64,000 nucleotides of DNA from a virus (Duplodnaviria > Caudoviricetes). Made by a program: the position numbers and the translations under genes. Within the stretch, counting starts at the first letter, position 1, and the number at the start of each line of letters is the position of its first letter. Below, in pieces: positions 28,866-39,985 of this stretch. The stretch spans positions 32,001-96,000 of IMG/VR virus record IMGVR_UViG_3300028886_000028. One strand, given 5' to 3'. The notes below the pieces were generated by a model. That model was not told where the DNA came from. It did not search any database and was given only the letters and a program-made list of their open reading frames with translations.

Positions 28866-31223
28866 ATGTCAAAGGGACTTTATTTCTATAAGTTAGTTAG
28901 TCCTTACGAAGAAGATGTAACGAAGAATTGCAAATTAACAGTAAATGAAATTGATAGCAATTTTTTAAATCTTAAGGACGTAGATATTAAGAAAGCAGAA
29001 CTTGATGAAAATACAAAATCTGTTATTCTTACAAGAAATGATGGGGACAAGTTAGTTGTAGATTTAACGCCTATATTGAGTGGCGCAGTTTACGACCTTG
29101 AAGTAGTTTATGAGAATCCTTCTGATTCAGGCTCTTGCGAAGGTGCTAATGTATATGTTACATACAGTACTTTAACTAGTGATGATATTAAAACAACTGT
29201 TACTGTTCCTATTACAGGGTTAGTTACCACAGAGAACATTAATGAGGTTCTTGGTGGCGGCTTCTTATCTAGTGTTATTTCTGATGGTAGCCTTACAGGA
29301 AAGGGTACGATTGATTCCCCATTAGGTATTAGTCCTACTGAGAAAAATAGACCTGCTGTTAAAATTATTGACAAGACAAAAGGAGAAGAACTACCTGAAA
29401 CTTTTACAGTTGGCACAAGATACGTTACTAAGGAGTACACTAGTGAATTTGGTTATCTTTACAATTATTATGCTGTACAGCAGATTGATGCTAAACTTAA
29501 AGCAGAGGGAAGAGGATGGAGAATTCCGACAAAAGCAGACTGGGATTGTTTATTGAATTCAATAGAGCCTTGTGATTATAGAGACCACGATTCAGCACTT
29601 TGCCACCAGATACTTGGTAAATATGCAGGAACTAAGCTCAAATCAGCATGCGGATGGTTAGAAGAACCTGATTGCGAATGCAAAGTAACAAAGCCAATGA
29701 GAGGCAATTATTGCCCGGATGGGGATGGAATAGAAAGCGACGAAATTGACCCATTTGCAGATGATTTTGACTCTGATGATTCTGTTATTGACGTTGATAA
29801 TGAAACTGAGCCTGAATTAGTTCGTAAACCATATTGGGGAACTGATGACTTCGGCATGAAAATTCTTCCTACTGGTTATGGCGATGGTGATGAAGTTGAG
29901 CATTATTTTAACAAGAAGACTGTATTTTGGACAACAACTCATATTTACAACGATTTAGGACAAGACATTTACGTTAAAGAGTTTGATTGGAACAAATCAG
30001 GAGTAATTCAAGAGGCTCAATGCCCAGATGCATTATTTAGCATTCGCCTTGTTAAAGACTATACAGGAAGCAACCATTTTGAAAGTGAAACAATAGATGG
30101 TAATAACTATAGAACTATTTTATTTGCTGATTGTGGCACAGTTTGGACAGCATCTAATTTTGCCGGCACAAACTATAATTACAAAGAAGCCAATATGGGT
30201 CAGAATCCATATAAGAGAATAGTTTATTATATAAATGTATGGAATGGCAAAGAGTGGGAAAAGAGAGAGTTAGAAGAAGGTGAAAGCATTACCATTATGG
30301 AAGGTAATGAACATTGTCAATACAACGTTCAATATCGTGTATATACTGAAGATGATTGCAATCATGTTCTTGTTAATATTGATGATGTTGTAACTGATGG
30401 CGTTATTAATCAAATTCTTCCAATAATTGATGAAGAAAGAAAAGAAAGAATTTCTGCTGACACTGAATTATGGGATGCGTTAATGGCTGAAATTTCAGCA
30501 AGGACTGAAGCGGATGCAGAAGAAAAAGAAGAAAGAGAAAATGCAGATGAAATACTGCAAGAAGAAATTGATGCAGAAATATTAAGAGCACAAGAAGCAG
30601 AACAAGAACTGTGGGACGCAATTAACCAAGAGTCTCAAGCTCGTGAAGAAGTAGACCAGGAACTTTGGGACGCAATTGCGCAAGAAGCTTCTGCTAGAAC
30701 TGATGATTACTATAAACTTTTGGATGCAATTGAACAAGAAGTTTCTGCAAGAACTGATGCTGACAACGACATTTGGGATGCTATTAATCAGGAAATATCT
30801 GCAAGAACAGATGCAGATGACCAATTAAGTGATGAAATTGCACAAGAAATTTCTGCAAGAACTGATGCTGACAACGACATTTGGGATGCTATTAATCAGG
30901 AAATATCTGCAAGAACAGATGCGGATAACCAATTAAGCGATGCAATAACTGTAGAAACTGAAAGGGCTAAAGAATCTGAAGAAGAACTCTTTAATGCTAT
31001 TAGCGGAGAAACCGAAAGGGCAAAATCAGAAGAAGAGAGAATAGAATGCCAGTTAATTGATAACCCTGCTGAACCTGTTAATGAAAACACAAGATTTGAA
31101 ACCAAAATAATCGACGGAACTGCTTATTATATTTTGCACGTAAATGGTGGCTTAACACTTTATTCAAAATGTGGAACAAATGATATTCCAATTAAGTTGG
31201 ATGCGGATTTCGGAACTTTCTAA
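28866..31223 (+). CDS. Structural protein with a Fib_succ_major (FISUMP)-like domain and a coiled-coil stalk
   Basis: FGYLYN..GWRIPT..KLKS..GW..FWTTT..FSIRLVKD; 18-aa EISARTDAD repeats; C-terminal DFGTF. Confidence 0.7.
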   Translation: MSKGLYFYKLVSPYEEDVTKNCKLTVNEIDSNFLNLKDVDIKKAELDENTKSVILTRNDGDKLVVDLTPILSGAVYDLEVVYENPSDSGSCEGANVYVTYSTLTSDDIKTTVTVPITGLVTTENINEVLGGGFLSSVISDGSLTGKGTIDSPLGISPTEKNRPAVKIIDKTKGEELPETFTVGTRYVTKEYTSEFGYLYNYYAVQQIDAKLKAEGRGWRIPTKADWDCLLNSIEPCDYRDHDSALCHQILGKYAGTKLKSACGWLEEPDCECKVTKPMRGNYCPDGDGIESDEIDPFADDFDSDDSVIDVDNETEPELVRKPYWGTDDFGMKILPTGYGDGDEVEHYFNKKTVFWTTTHIYNDLGQDIYVKEFDWNKSGVIQEAQCPDALFSIRLVKDYTGSNHFESETIDGNNYRTILFADCGTVWTASNFAGTNYNYKEANMGQNPYKRIVYYINVWNGKEWEKRELEEGESITIMEGNEHCQYNVQYRVYTEDDCNHVLVNIDDVVTDGVINQILPIIDEERKERISADTELWDALMAEISARTEADAEEKEERENADEILQEEIDAEILRAQEAEQELWDAINQESQAREEVDQELWDAIAQEASARTDDYYKLLDAIEQEVSARTDADNDIWDAINQEISARTDADDQLSDEIAQEISARTDADNDIWDAINQEISARTDADNQLSDAITVETERAKESEEELFNAISGETERAKSEEERIECQLIDNPAEPVNENTRFETKIIDGTAYYILHVNGGLTLYSKCGTNDIPIKLDADFGTF
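30742..30922 (+). repeat. Intragenic exact direct repeat (about 72 bp, 108-bp period)
   Basis: tttctgcaagaactgatgctgacaacgacatttgggatgctattaatcaggaaatatctgcaagaacagatgc occurs twice. Confidence 0.85.
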
Positions 31224-31247
31224 TAAATAAAAAATATATTATAGAGC

Positions 31248-34200
31248 ATGGAAAATATATACGATAGATTGCAATTTATAAGGCATGAAGAAGTCTTCCC
31301 TACCAGAGAAGATGCTTACAACTATGTTATTAATTATCAGATTATGGGTAATTATCCCACAATAGAAGACCCAACAAAAAATATGCCAACACTTTTTGGT
31401 GAACCTATGGTTCTTTTATATGAAAGTGGAGATAATACTAAAGGCCCAAATGTTATTTTAGCAATTGGTTCTGTAGGAAATGGCATACCAGACAATAAGA
31501 ACAGAACATTCTTTATTGATACCCATAAAACTGAAGAAGAGATAGATGCCCTTAATATAAGAATTGACGAAATAAAGTCTCTTATAGGAATTGGTATAAA
31601 TCCTATTGATAGTGATACTATAGATATGAGTGCAGAATTTCATACTAGTGGTACTACTATTAGTGGCGATGTTAAAATTGCTGATTATAGAATCGTTGAC
31701 GGCAAAGCCAATTATAACATAATCCAAAAAGAAGGCAACAAAGGAATTTATGCTTTTGTTGATATGGATTATGACCCAGAAACTCTTGCTATTAAGTTAA
31801 ATGTTAATGGCGTAACAAAAGAAATTCAATTGCCTGCTGACCAACACGTAGTTAGAGGATGGTATGACCCAAGGGAAGAATCTATTATCTTTAAATTGGC
31901 AGATGATTCACAGGTTAAAGTACTTGTAAGTAAATTAATTGAAGAATGGACTGTATTGCCTGATGGACAGACAATCAATGGATATGATATATCCGGCCAA
32001 ACTGTTAACTTTACCCCTGTTGTATTTACTAAGACACATGTTGGTTCTAAAGCAACAGAACACGAAGGAATATATGAATGGCAAGATGTTCTTGAAGCAG
32101 ACATTAGACTTGCTGACCATATTACTGATAATATTTTGCATAAAGATAGAACTGGTAGATACCTTTATGTAAAAGGAACTGCTGACAATATCAAATACAA
32201 AGATGGCCTTACGGTTAAAGATGCGTTAGATAATACAAGTGCAAATATTTCATCAAGCGCAGGTAATTTAATTTACAGACGCCCAGATGGTATATATGCC
32301 ACTGCAATGATTGGCTACAATTCAGCAGAAAACAAACTTATCTACACATATTCTGATAGTGAAACAGGTAGAATTAAAGAACAGGAGATTAAACTTAATG
32401 GAGTTAAATTACTTGAAGATATTACATATGACCCAATTAAAGAAGCAATTGTTATTAGATATGTAGATTCTCAAGGAGAATATCAAAGAGTCGAAATACC
32501 TGTTTCAGATATTATAGAAGAATGGGATATTGAAAATGAAGGCCATAACATAATTTTAGATAAGTTCCGCAGCGAAGGTAAAGGAAAGGACATTCTTACA
32601 GCAGACGCTAGAATACATGTTGGCGATAATAATATCCTTCAAGACGTTAACCATGAATTATATGTTAAAGGCATTTCAGAAAATATTAAATATGACGTTA
32701 CAGGAGATACAACAGTAAAGGACGTTCTTGATGGCCTTTCTTTATCTGCTGAAACACTTAACGCTAAAATAAACCAAGAAGCCGAAAGAGCCAAAGATGC
32801 TGAAATTGAAATAAACAACAAAATAGGCAATGGCTTTGATATTAGGAACACTGTAAGGGACGAAATAGATGCTTTAAAGGGTAAGATTGATAACGTTAGT
32901 GCTAACACTGCTTTAAAATTAAGCGATGTCATTAACGAAGATAACTCAATAAATGTTGAAACAAGAAATGATGAGTTTGATAATCCTACAGTTAAGGTAA
33001 TTAAAACCAATTTAAGCAGCGAGGTTGAAGATGGTAAGGCAAACATCATCAAGTTAAATGCTGATGGTATATATGCTGGCGTTGACCTTATTTACGAGTT
33101 TAATGAAGAAATAGGAACTAATCAACTTATTTTCAAAACAACAAACGGTACTAAAACATATGACCTTAAAACCAATTCTGTAGTAGATAAAATTTATTAT
33201 GATTCTAACAGAGAAGCAATTATAATAGAATACACTGTAAATGGCCATAGAATGCCTGATGTTGTTATTCCTGTTGGAGATTTAATAAATGAATGGAGAG
33301 TTTGGGATGGGCATGAAGGCGCAGTACAACTTGAAAAAACAAGAATTCCAAGCGGAACATCAGAACAAGATATATTAAAGGCTTCTGTTGTAATTTCAGA
33401 CCATGATGATAATATAGTCATTAATGATAATGGGGCACTTTATGTATCTAACAGTGGTATTACAAGCAACAAGAATGAAATTGATTCGTTAAAAGAAAGA
33501 CTTTCAACTGATGAAGAAAACATTGGCATAATAGAAACTGCAATTTCAAATGAAATCACCAGAGCAATATCTGCTGAAACGGTATTGCAAACTAACGATA
33601 ATAGAATCGAACATTTATTAGAAGATGAAATTAATCGTTCTACCAACAAAGATAATGAGTTGCAAAATCAATTAAGCAACATTGAATCAGCGCTTGAAAA
33701 TGAAATTAATCGTTCTGAAAATGTTGACAATCAGTTAAGGTCAGATTTAAATACTGAAATTACACGAGCAACAACTCAAGAATCATATCTTCTCCATTTG
33801 ATTAGTGATGAGGTTGAAAATAGAATTAGTGGTGATTCGATTAATTCAAATGCAATAGTTAGTGAAGAAACTCGCGCTAGGGAAGCAGAAACGAGATTGG
33901 AGGCAACTATTAATAGTGAAATTTCAAGAGCTCAAAACGCAGAGGGAGATTTAAGGGAAGCAATCACTGCTGAAACGTTAAGGGCGCAAGAAGCCGATAA
34001 CGAACTTTATCAGAGGATTTCAGATGAGGTTGTTGAAAGGTCTAATGGCGATGCATCATTAAGTGCTGCAATTATAACAGAGATAAGTAGAGCAACTGGA
34101 GCAGAAAACACTATTTCTCAAACATTAAATACAGAAGTTGAACGCTCTACGCAAGAGGATGCAAGGCTTAATAGTCTAATTACAGCAGAAACGGCATCAA

Positions 34201-35852
34201 GGGAAGCAGCAGATAACGAATTAGAAGAGGAAATTAGGAAACTAGTATTGACATTTGATGATACTAATTCAATTGATTTCACAAAGACAACAGGCAATGT
34301 TGTAACTGCTGACGTTAAGCTACAAAGTGGAAATAATATCATAAAAGTTGGAGAAGGCCTTTATGCGACAGTTTCTCTTTCTTATGATGGGGCGAGAAAC
34401 ACTATTAAATTGATAACTTCTAATGGAGAGCAAGAAGCAATTCAATTGAATACTGTTGGAAGCTTAATTGATGGGATGGAATATAATGCTGACGAGAGAG
34501 CACTTGTTATTAAATATCATGATGCAGCAGGAAATCCATTACAAATTTCATTCCCTGTAAATCAGTTATTTAACGATTGGGAGGTTGATAACCCATCTGA
34601 AAAGAGTGCTGTTGAATTGACCAAAACTTCTCCTTCTGAGCCAGATGACCCAGATAAATTAAAGGCTCGCATCCTTATTACAGATGACCATGACGGCGAC
34701 GGAAAGCCAGACCAAGGTAGTAATAACTTAATAGAAATAAGGAATAATGGACTTTATGTTGATGGTTCTTTTATAGATTCATATACAGGAGATAGCGAAT
34801 GCTTGAAACGAGAAGTTAAAGCAGTAGAGAGGGCTATATTTGGCAATCAACAGATAAATGAATGTGGCGATGGATTTGTATATGTTGCGCCAGATGGTAC
34901 TTATTATATAAACAGTGCAAATACAGTTAATAATGCTACATACATTTTAGACCTATCAATAAAAAGATTGTCTTCATATACTGAAGATATAGATAATAGA
35001 CTTATTATTGTGTCAGGCAAAACTGATTGCAACGCTGAAGAACTAAAAGTTGTAGAAAACGATTTCCTTGGAATGCCACTTTTACACGCTTGTGGAGAAG
35101 GTGATTCATATAGGCCAAATCAAGGAACGTTCTACATATTTAGCGGAACGTCATTTAACGACACTGATATTATATTAGATAGAGAAATAAAACGCACAAA
35201 TGATGATGTTGATATTTTAAATCAAAAAGTAAATATAATATCTGGCGATGTTGAGTGTCTTGAATCTACAGTTGATGCGATGAATGCAATAACATTCGGT
35301 TCAGCTTATACTATGCCTGTTTGCGGAGAAGATGCCGCATATCCAGTATATGATGGGTGCGTAATTAGTGCCGCTACGTCATTCTATGAAGCAGACAAAC
35401 TTTTAGACCAAGCTGTATGTGAATTGATGGGTAAAAGCACTGTAGCAGGCTCTGATACCCCTTCTAATCACACATCAATTGAAAAGATAGACGATTTAGA
35501 CCATATTAATGTTGATACTAGACTTTCTCATGGTAGCCTAAATGGTATGTCTGATGATGATTTAGTTATTACTGATGCAAGTGGCGCTTATATAGACCCA
35601 ACTAGAACAGAATTCACAGATACTAATGCATTAAGAATAATAAGCATTAGTGGAGAATCTGCCGATAGTCCATATAATGGTATTTATTTGAGTAATATTT
35701 GGGATTGCGGTTTATATTATGACGAAACTGAAGATGCTGATGCAATAGAAGCAGCTAATGAGGCAGGATATAATACAAATTACAGAACTGATAATGCACC
35801 AAGCGCAAGTAATATAAACTATATGAATAACGTCAGACAGAACGATATTTAA
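31248..35852 (+). CDS. Large fibre/structural protein (1534 aa)
   Basis: Four repeats of YD...EAIxIxY..IPVxDxIxEW..L.ADxxI..NI...GLYV, a central ExxRA coiled coil, and WDCGLY near the end. Confidence 0.6.
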   Translation: MENIYDRLQFIRHEEVFPTREDAYNYVINYQIMGNYPTIEDPTKNMPTLFGEPMVLLYESGDNTKGPNVILAIGSVGNGIPDNKNRTFFIDTHKTEEEIDALNIRIDEIKSLIGIGINPIDSDTIDMSAEFHTSGTTISGDVKIADYRIVDGKANYNIIQKEGNKGIYAFVDMDYDPETLAIKLNVNGVTKEIQLPADQHVVRGWYDPREESIIFKLADDSQVKVLVSKLIEEWTVLPDGQTINGYDISGQTVNFTPVVFTKTHVGSKATEHEGIYEWQDVLEADIRLADHITDNILHKDRTGRYLYVKGTADNIKYKDGLTVKDALDNTSANISSSAGNLIYRRPDGIYATAMIGYNSAENKLIYTYSDSETGRIKEQEIKLNGVKLLEDITYDPIKEAIVIRYVDSQGEYQRVEIPVSDIIEEWDIENEGHNIILDKFRSEGKGKDILTADARIHVGDNNILQDVNHELYVKGISENIKYDVTGDTTVKDVLDGLSLSAETLNAKINQEAERAKDAEIEINNKIGNGFDIRNTVRDEIDALKGKIDNVSANTALKLSDVINEDNSINVETRNDEFDNPTVKVIKTNLSSEVEDGKANIIKLNADGIYAGVDLIYEFNEEIGTNQLIFKTTNGTKTYDLKTNSVVDKIYYDSNREAIIIEYTVNGHRMPDVVIPVGDLINEWRVWDGHEGAVQLEKTRIPSGTSEQDILKASVVISDHDDNIVINDNGALYVSNSGITSNKNEIDSLKERLSTDEENIGIIETAISNEITRAISAETVLQTNDNRIEHLLEDEINRSTNKDNELQNQLSNIESALENEINRSENVDNQLRSDLNTEITRATTQESYLLHLISDEVENRISGDSINSNAIVSEETRAREAETRLEATINSEISRAQNAEGDLREAITAETLRAQEADNELYQRISDEVVERSNGDASLSAAIITEISRATGAENTISQTLNTEVERSTQEDARLNSLITAETASREAADNELEEEIRKLVLTFDDTNSIDFTKTTGNVVTADVKLQSGNNIIKVGEGLYATVSLSYDGARNTIKLITSNGEQEAIQLNTVGSLIDGMEYNADERALVIKYHDAAGNPLQISFPVNQLFNDWEVDNPSEKSAVELTKTSPSEPDDPDKLKARILITDDHDGDGKPDQGSNNLIEIRNNGLYVDGSFIDSYTGDSECLKREVKAVERAIFGNQQINECGDGFVYVAPDGTYYINSANTVNNATYILDLSIKRLSSYTEDIDNRLIIVSGKTDCNAEELKVVENDFLGMPLLHACGEGDSYRPNQGTFYIFSGTSFNDTDIILDREIKRTNDDVDILNQKVNIISGDVECLESTVDAMNAITFGSAYTMPVCGEDAAYPVYDGCVISAATSFYEADKLLDQAVCELMGKSTVAGSDTPSNHTSIEKIDDLDHINVDTRLSHGSLNGMSDDDLVITDASGAYIDPTRTEFTDTNALRIISISGESADSPYNGIYLSNIWDCGLYYDETEDADAIEAANEAGYNTNYRTDNAPSASNINYMNNVRQNDI

Positions 35853-35858
35853 CAAAAT

Positions 35859-35890
35859 AAAAAAGGTTAGGGAATTCCCTAACCTTTTTT
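35859..35890. terminator. Perfect 32-bp palindrome, bidirectional terminator
   Basis: aaaaaaggttagggaattccctaacctttttt between convergent genes. Confidence 0.85.
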
Positions 35891-38800
35891 ATTCATCAGG
35901 AGTTCTATCAATGTAATCATATGATATATCATCAAATACAAGCCCACCAGTAGATGGTGTCATTGAAGGGATTTTAATGAAATGAAATCTCATATCAGTG
36001 TCTAAAGATACTACATCTAAAATAGATTGTGGTATTTCTCCATCATTTTCAAATGCTTCAACATCTTTATTTGTTAAATTATTTAAAGCATCAATATATT
36101 TTTTATTTTCTTCTTGAAATAATTCATCCTCTTCTTTTTTCTTTTCTTCTAAATATTGCTTAACTAATTCATCCCAATCAATTCCACATTCTTCAACAAA
36201 AGGAGGAACTTCATTTATTTTAATCCAATAACCTATTTCTTTTTTCTCAGGCGTCATTAAAGCCTCATATGTGTCTTGGTCAGATTCTTTATTTGGATAA
36301 CCTGATACTAATTTAGATTCTTCTTCTGTAAAATATTTTCTATCTTCAGGGTTTGTTATCAATATATTATTTCTTATTTCAGGAGAAAAGCAGACAAGTA
36401 ATGGCGTAATTCTATTGTTAAATTGTTCAATATATTTTTCTGAATTATATTCTAGACCTTCAACATCGCTACAAAGAATTTCCTTTTCATCTTCTATAAT
36501 ATCATTAGGAACTAATTGGCAATTAAGTATTATTTCTTCTTCTTCTCTTATGACATACTTTTTTATTATTTCCTTTTTTATTGCAGCAGAAAGTTCTTTA
36601 ACTTTTTCAACACCATAATTATTTAATTCTTTTTTAAATAATTCTGTTTTCATTTTGTTGGTTAGTTCTATTTCATCACCATCTTCATTTTTTATGAATT
36701 GATGGGTTACTTTTTTTACATCAGAATGGCCTTTTTTCGTTCCTGTGTTTATATAATAAATTGTATCGCTAACGTTAACATTAAGATTTTCTCTTATAGC
36801 CAATTCATACCAGGCCTGTCTTGATTTTTTATTACCTGCCTTTGTCAAAGTATTGCAGTCTTCTTTATATTCTTTGATGGTTTTCTTTATTTTACCTTTT
36901 GAAGCAATATCTTTAATTGGTATTTGGTAATTATATATTTTTGAAATATATTCATAATAATTTTCTAAAAATTTTGAGCCATTGCCATGAAGAAGAAGAT
37001 TAATACCATCATCAATAAATTTTTCAAGATACCCTGACATTTTTCTTGATTTTATTGTATTTCCTACTTTTTTTGTTTTTCCGCTTGGCATTAAGTCAGC
37101 ATAATTTTTTCTCGCAAAATTAATTGTTGCGTCACAAAATTCATCTATTCCTAATCCCATTTTATTTATGCCACCATTATATGCTTTGTTTAGGTATAAA
37201 TCTTCAAATTCTGCAACATCTGCTTCTACACCAGTGTATGTTTTTCCTTTTATTGTATTTCTTCCTTCCCCATTACTAATATATGGGTGCTCATTAGTAT
37301 AACGGAATTTATCTTCTGTGGGCATTTGGAAGTTGAAGCCATCGGTGTCACCTACAATTGGATTATATCCCAAATTTGTAAAATGAGAAATCATCAATCT
37401 TAATGACATTCTTCCTATACAAGTTGTTTTTTCAGCAGCATCAATGTCTCCAAATGGAAAGACCATAGGACACCCATAGGAGCCGAAAAATGAATTAGCT
37501 AGAATTTTAAGAGGCAATTGTTTTTTATCATTAGCCATTTTTTCAGCTTTCCACATTTGTATTTCATTTTTAATGCGTGATTTATCTTCCTCTGTTCCAT
37601 CGAAAATTTTTAACTTCTTTTCAAGTTCTTTCGCCTTCTCTCCAGCCACAGCTTTAAGGTCTTTATATTTTTCACGGTTTGTAAGAATATACTCTAATAA
37701 ATATAGCATGATATTATCAATATCAAGCGGAGTTTTAACCCACCATGTCAAATCTATAGAAGGATAAAGAGAGTTATAGTCAAGTTTAACAATTCTATCT
37801 ACATAGCCCGTTCTAATGAGTCTTGAAAGACCTCCAGTAAACCTTTTATTTGAATCAGATGATGGTACAGCAAGATTATTTTCATAACACCACGCCAACA
37901 TAATTAATTTCCATATTCCAGCTGTGCCCATTGTACAAGCCCTTGTAAATGTTGTTGGTAAAATTTTAGATACAAGAAAATTTGACTCGTTAAGTTTCAA
38001 TTCAACTTTATCTGTTTCCCATAAGTCATCAAGCAAATATCTTTCTACAATATATCTACCGCTTGTTGGTTTATATCCATCCAATAAACCCCTTCCTTCT
38101 TTTATTTCATACCAATCGCCATCAGATTCTCTAAAGGCATATCTATTTGATATGACATTCCATGTTTTTGTGATAATATTACCAGGGACATATACACGAT
38201 TAGGCTTTTTTAAATCAAGATATTTTGTAGCATACTTCAAACTTGCTGATTTCATATTTGAATCAAGTGCTTGCGCCCTTCTTACAGCATGTAACGAATC
38301 CAATACACTGAATCCCCAAGCGATAGTAGGCCTATAATACTCCATTTCACCACCAAGTTTAAGTATTGATTCTTTTTTCTTTTTATAAATCGCATGTTTG
38401 AAATATTTCAAAGACATATCAGCAAATGATGTGCCCAACACCTCGCATCTTACAATAAGGAAGTCCCAGTCAAAATTTTCTGAGTTATGTCCTGCTATAA
38501 TATCAGGTTTTTCAATTGCTATGGTTTTTAAAAATTCATCAATTGCTTTCAACTCGTTAATTTTCCTTTCTTCCCCTTCTCCTGTGATTGTTATAATTTT
38601 TTCAAAGCCTTTATTAGTGCGCATACCAATTTGGTCAATTGCGTGAATTTTTGGATTAAGACCTTGTGTTTCAAGGTCAAATAAAAACCTTTTTAAATCG
38701 TCATAATTTTCATAACCTTTGAACAATCTTTTGCCTGTTTGAATCATGTATTGTTCAACAGGTGAAATAACCATAAATTCTTTTGAACCATCGCCAATAC

Positions 38801-39212
38801 CGTCCTTCTTTTTTTCATATACAGGAGTACCCGCTTCTGTGAAGAAGTTTAAAAATTTAGAATAAGGCATCCGTTTTGTTGAATAAAATATATATTTATA
38901 TCCATTTGTTAATCTTTCACTATCAATGCTATCATCAGTTTTAGTTATAAGTTCTTTCACATTGATTCCAAGTTCTCTCATTTTTCTCCTGAGAGTTCCT
39001 CTATTACCTCCAAACATTCTTACGCATGCGCTATTCTTAACCCAAGCAAATGGCTTAAAATCATCTTTTTTCACTCTTTTTTCGCCATTTTCGTTAAGGT
39101 AAACAATGTTAACTTTATCTTCCATATAATCGCATTCAATTGTGACTATATGTTCCATAGGGTCGTGTCCACTAAGGAAAGTGTTTACCATTTCAGCTGT
39201 TATTTCTTTCAT
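35889..39212 (-). CDS. Family B DNA polymerase with 3'-5' exonuclease
   Basis: FDLET, GHNSENFDW, DYNSLYPS, KILANSFFG and GDTDG motifs. Confidence 0.95.
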   Translation of the reverse strand: MKEITAEMVNTFLSGHDPMEHIVTIECDYMEDKVNIVYLNENGEKRVKKDDFKPFAWVKNSACVRMFGGNRGTLRRKMRELGINVKELITKTDDSIDSERLTNGYKYIFYSTKRMPYSKFLNFFTEAGTPVYEKKKDGIGDGSKEFMVISPVEQYMIQTGKRLFKGYENYDDLKRFLFDLETQGLNPKIHAIDQIGMRTNKGFEKIITITGEGEERKINELKAIDEFLKTIAIEKPDIIAGHNSENFDWDFLIVRCEVLGTSFADMSLKYFKHAIYKKKKESILKLGGEMEYYRPTIAWGFSVLDSLHAVRRAQALDSNMKSASLKYATKYLDLKKPNRVYVPGNIITKTWNVISNRYAFRESDGDWYEIKEGRGLLDGYKPTSGRYIVERYLLDDLWETDKVELKLNESNFLVSKILPTTFTRACTMGTAGIWKLIMLAWCYENNLAVPSSDSNKRFTGGLSRLIRTGYVDRIVKLDYNSLYPSIDLTWWVKTPLDIDNIMLYLLEYILTNREKYKDLKAVAGEKAKELEKKLKIFDGTEEDKSRIKNEIQMWKAEKMANDKKQLPLKILANSFFGSYGCPMVFPFGDIDAAEKTTCIGRMSLRLMISHFTNLGYNPIVGDTDGFNFQMPTEDKFRYTNEHPYISNGEGRNTIKGKTYTGVEADVAEFEDLYLNKAYNGGINKMGLGIDEFCDATINFARKNYADLMPSGKTKKVGNTIKSRKMSGYLEKFIDDGINLLLHGNGSKFLENYYEYISKIYNYQIPIKDIASKGKIKKTIKEYKEDCNTLTKAGNKKSRQAWYELAIRENLNVNVSDTIYYINTGTKKGHSDVKKVTHQFIKNEDGDEIELTNKMKTELFKKELNNYGVEKVKELSAAIKKEIIKKYVIREEEEIILNCQLVPNDIIEDEKEILCSDVEGLEYNSEKYIEQFNNRITPLLVCFSPEIRNNILITNPEDRKYFTEEESKLVSGYPNKESDQDTYEALMTPEKKEIGYWIKINEVPPFVEECGIDWDELVKQYLEEKKKEEDELFQEENKKYIDALNNLTNKDVEAFENDGEIPQSILDVVSLDTDMRFHFIKIPSMTPSTGGLVFDDISYDYIDRTPDE

Positions 39213-39283
39213 GAAAAATTGTTTTTTAAATGTTATTATTTTTTAAATTTTAAGTTTTCACTTTTCGAAAACATCAATTTATT

Positions 39284-39293
39284 TGCAAATATA
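39284..39293 (-). promoter_or_regulatory. Bacteroidota-type -7 promoter element
   Basis: TATATTTGCA on the minus strand upstream of the polymerase gene. Confidence 0.6.
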
Positions 39294-39342
39294 TAAAAAA
39301 ATTTTAAGAAAAAGAAATATATTTATATATAAATTGTTATAT

Positions 39343-39579
39343 ATGAATATTAAAAAAAATATTATAAATGAAGTAATAAATAACTATTTAAAAAGTAAGT
39401 GCATGATAAAAGAATATAAAAATCCTAATGATGCTGATACAGTTAGGGCTTGTGGAGATATGCTTCAACAGTTGTATAACAACATAATTGGAAACGGAAT
39501 GTCTAAAAGGGAAATAACTGTTGAAATTATGGCAAAAATAATAGGTGAACTTAGACACCTTGAAGAAATGATGAAATAA
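39343..39579 (+). CDS. Small hypothetical protein
   Basis: ATG at 39343 follows ATATTTAT at 39319; IINEVI..IKE leader. Confidence 0.55.
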   Translation: MNIKKNIINEVINNYLKSKCMIKEYKNPNDADTVRACGDMLQQLYNNIIGNGMSKREITVEIMAKIIGELRHLEEMMK

Positions 39580-39580
39580 T

Positions 39581-39958
39581 ATGCAAGAATTTTATATAAA
39601 CAAAAATTCATTATTACCAATAATTAGGATTGAGTTAATAGAAGACGGCAGGCATGACTATAACAAATTTCATGAATTAATACAGAATAGCAATATTACG
39701 TTTACAATGGTTAATAGGGAAACCGGCGTTACTAAAATTGCTAAAGCCCCTTGCTATATTAAAGCAAGAGAAAATGGTGGCTGTGTTGAGCAATATGTTA
39801 TTTGTTACGACTGGAAAAAACGCGATGTAAATGAAGAAGGTAACTATATTGGAAAGTTTGATATAGAATTTGGAGAAGTAAAAAATGATGAATATGATTA
39901 TCCAACAGGCAATTTAATCATGCCGATTAGAGAAGAATTGCTAATTGTCATAAAATAA
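39581..39958 (+). CDS. Small Ig-fold, BppU-N-like structural protein
   Basis: FYIxKNSxLP.IxIEL..ITFTM..YDW..D..EG.Y.G.F.I.F..P pattern. Confidence 0.45.
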   Translation: MQEFYINKNSLLPIIRIELIEDGRHDYNKFHELIQNSNITFTMVNRETGVTKIAKAPCYIKARENGGCVEQYVICYDWKKRDVNEEGNYIGKFDIEFGEVKNDEYDYPTGNLIMPIREELLIVIK

Positions 39959-39960
39959 AA

Positions 39961-39985
39961 AAAGGTGAGATAATTTCTCACCTTT
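39961..39985. terminator. Terminator between convergent genes
   Basis: aaaggtgaga-taatt-tctcaccttt. Confidence 0.75.

Noticed and set aside
2200-30100. A complete diversity-generating retroelement
   Set aside because: Two lectin-fold candidate targets exist, but no reverse transcriptase or template repeat is visible in the window.
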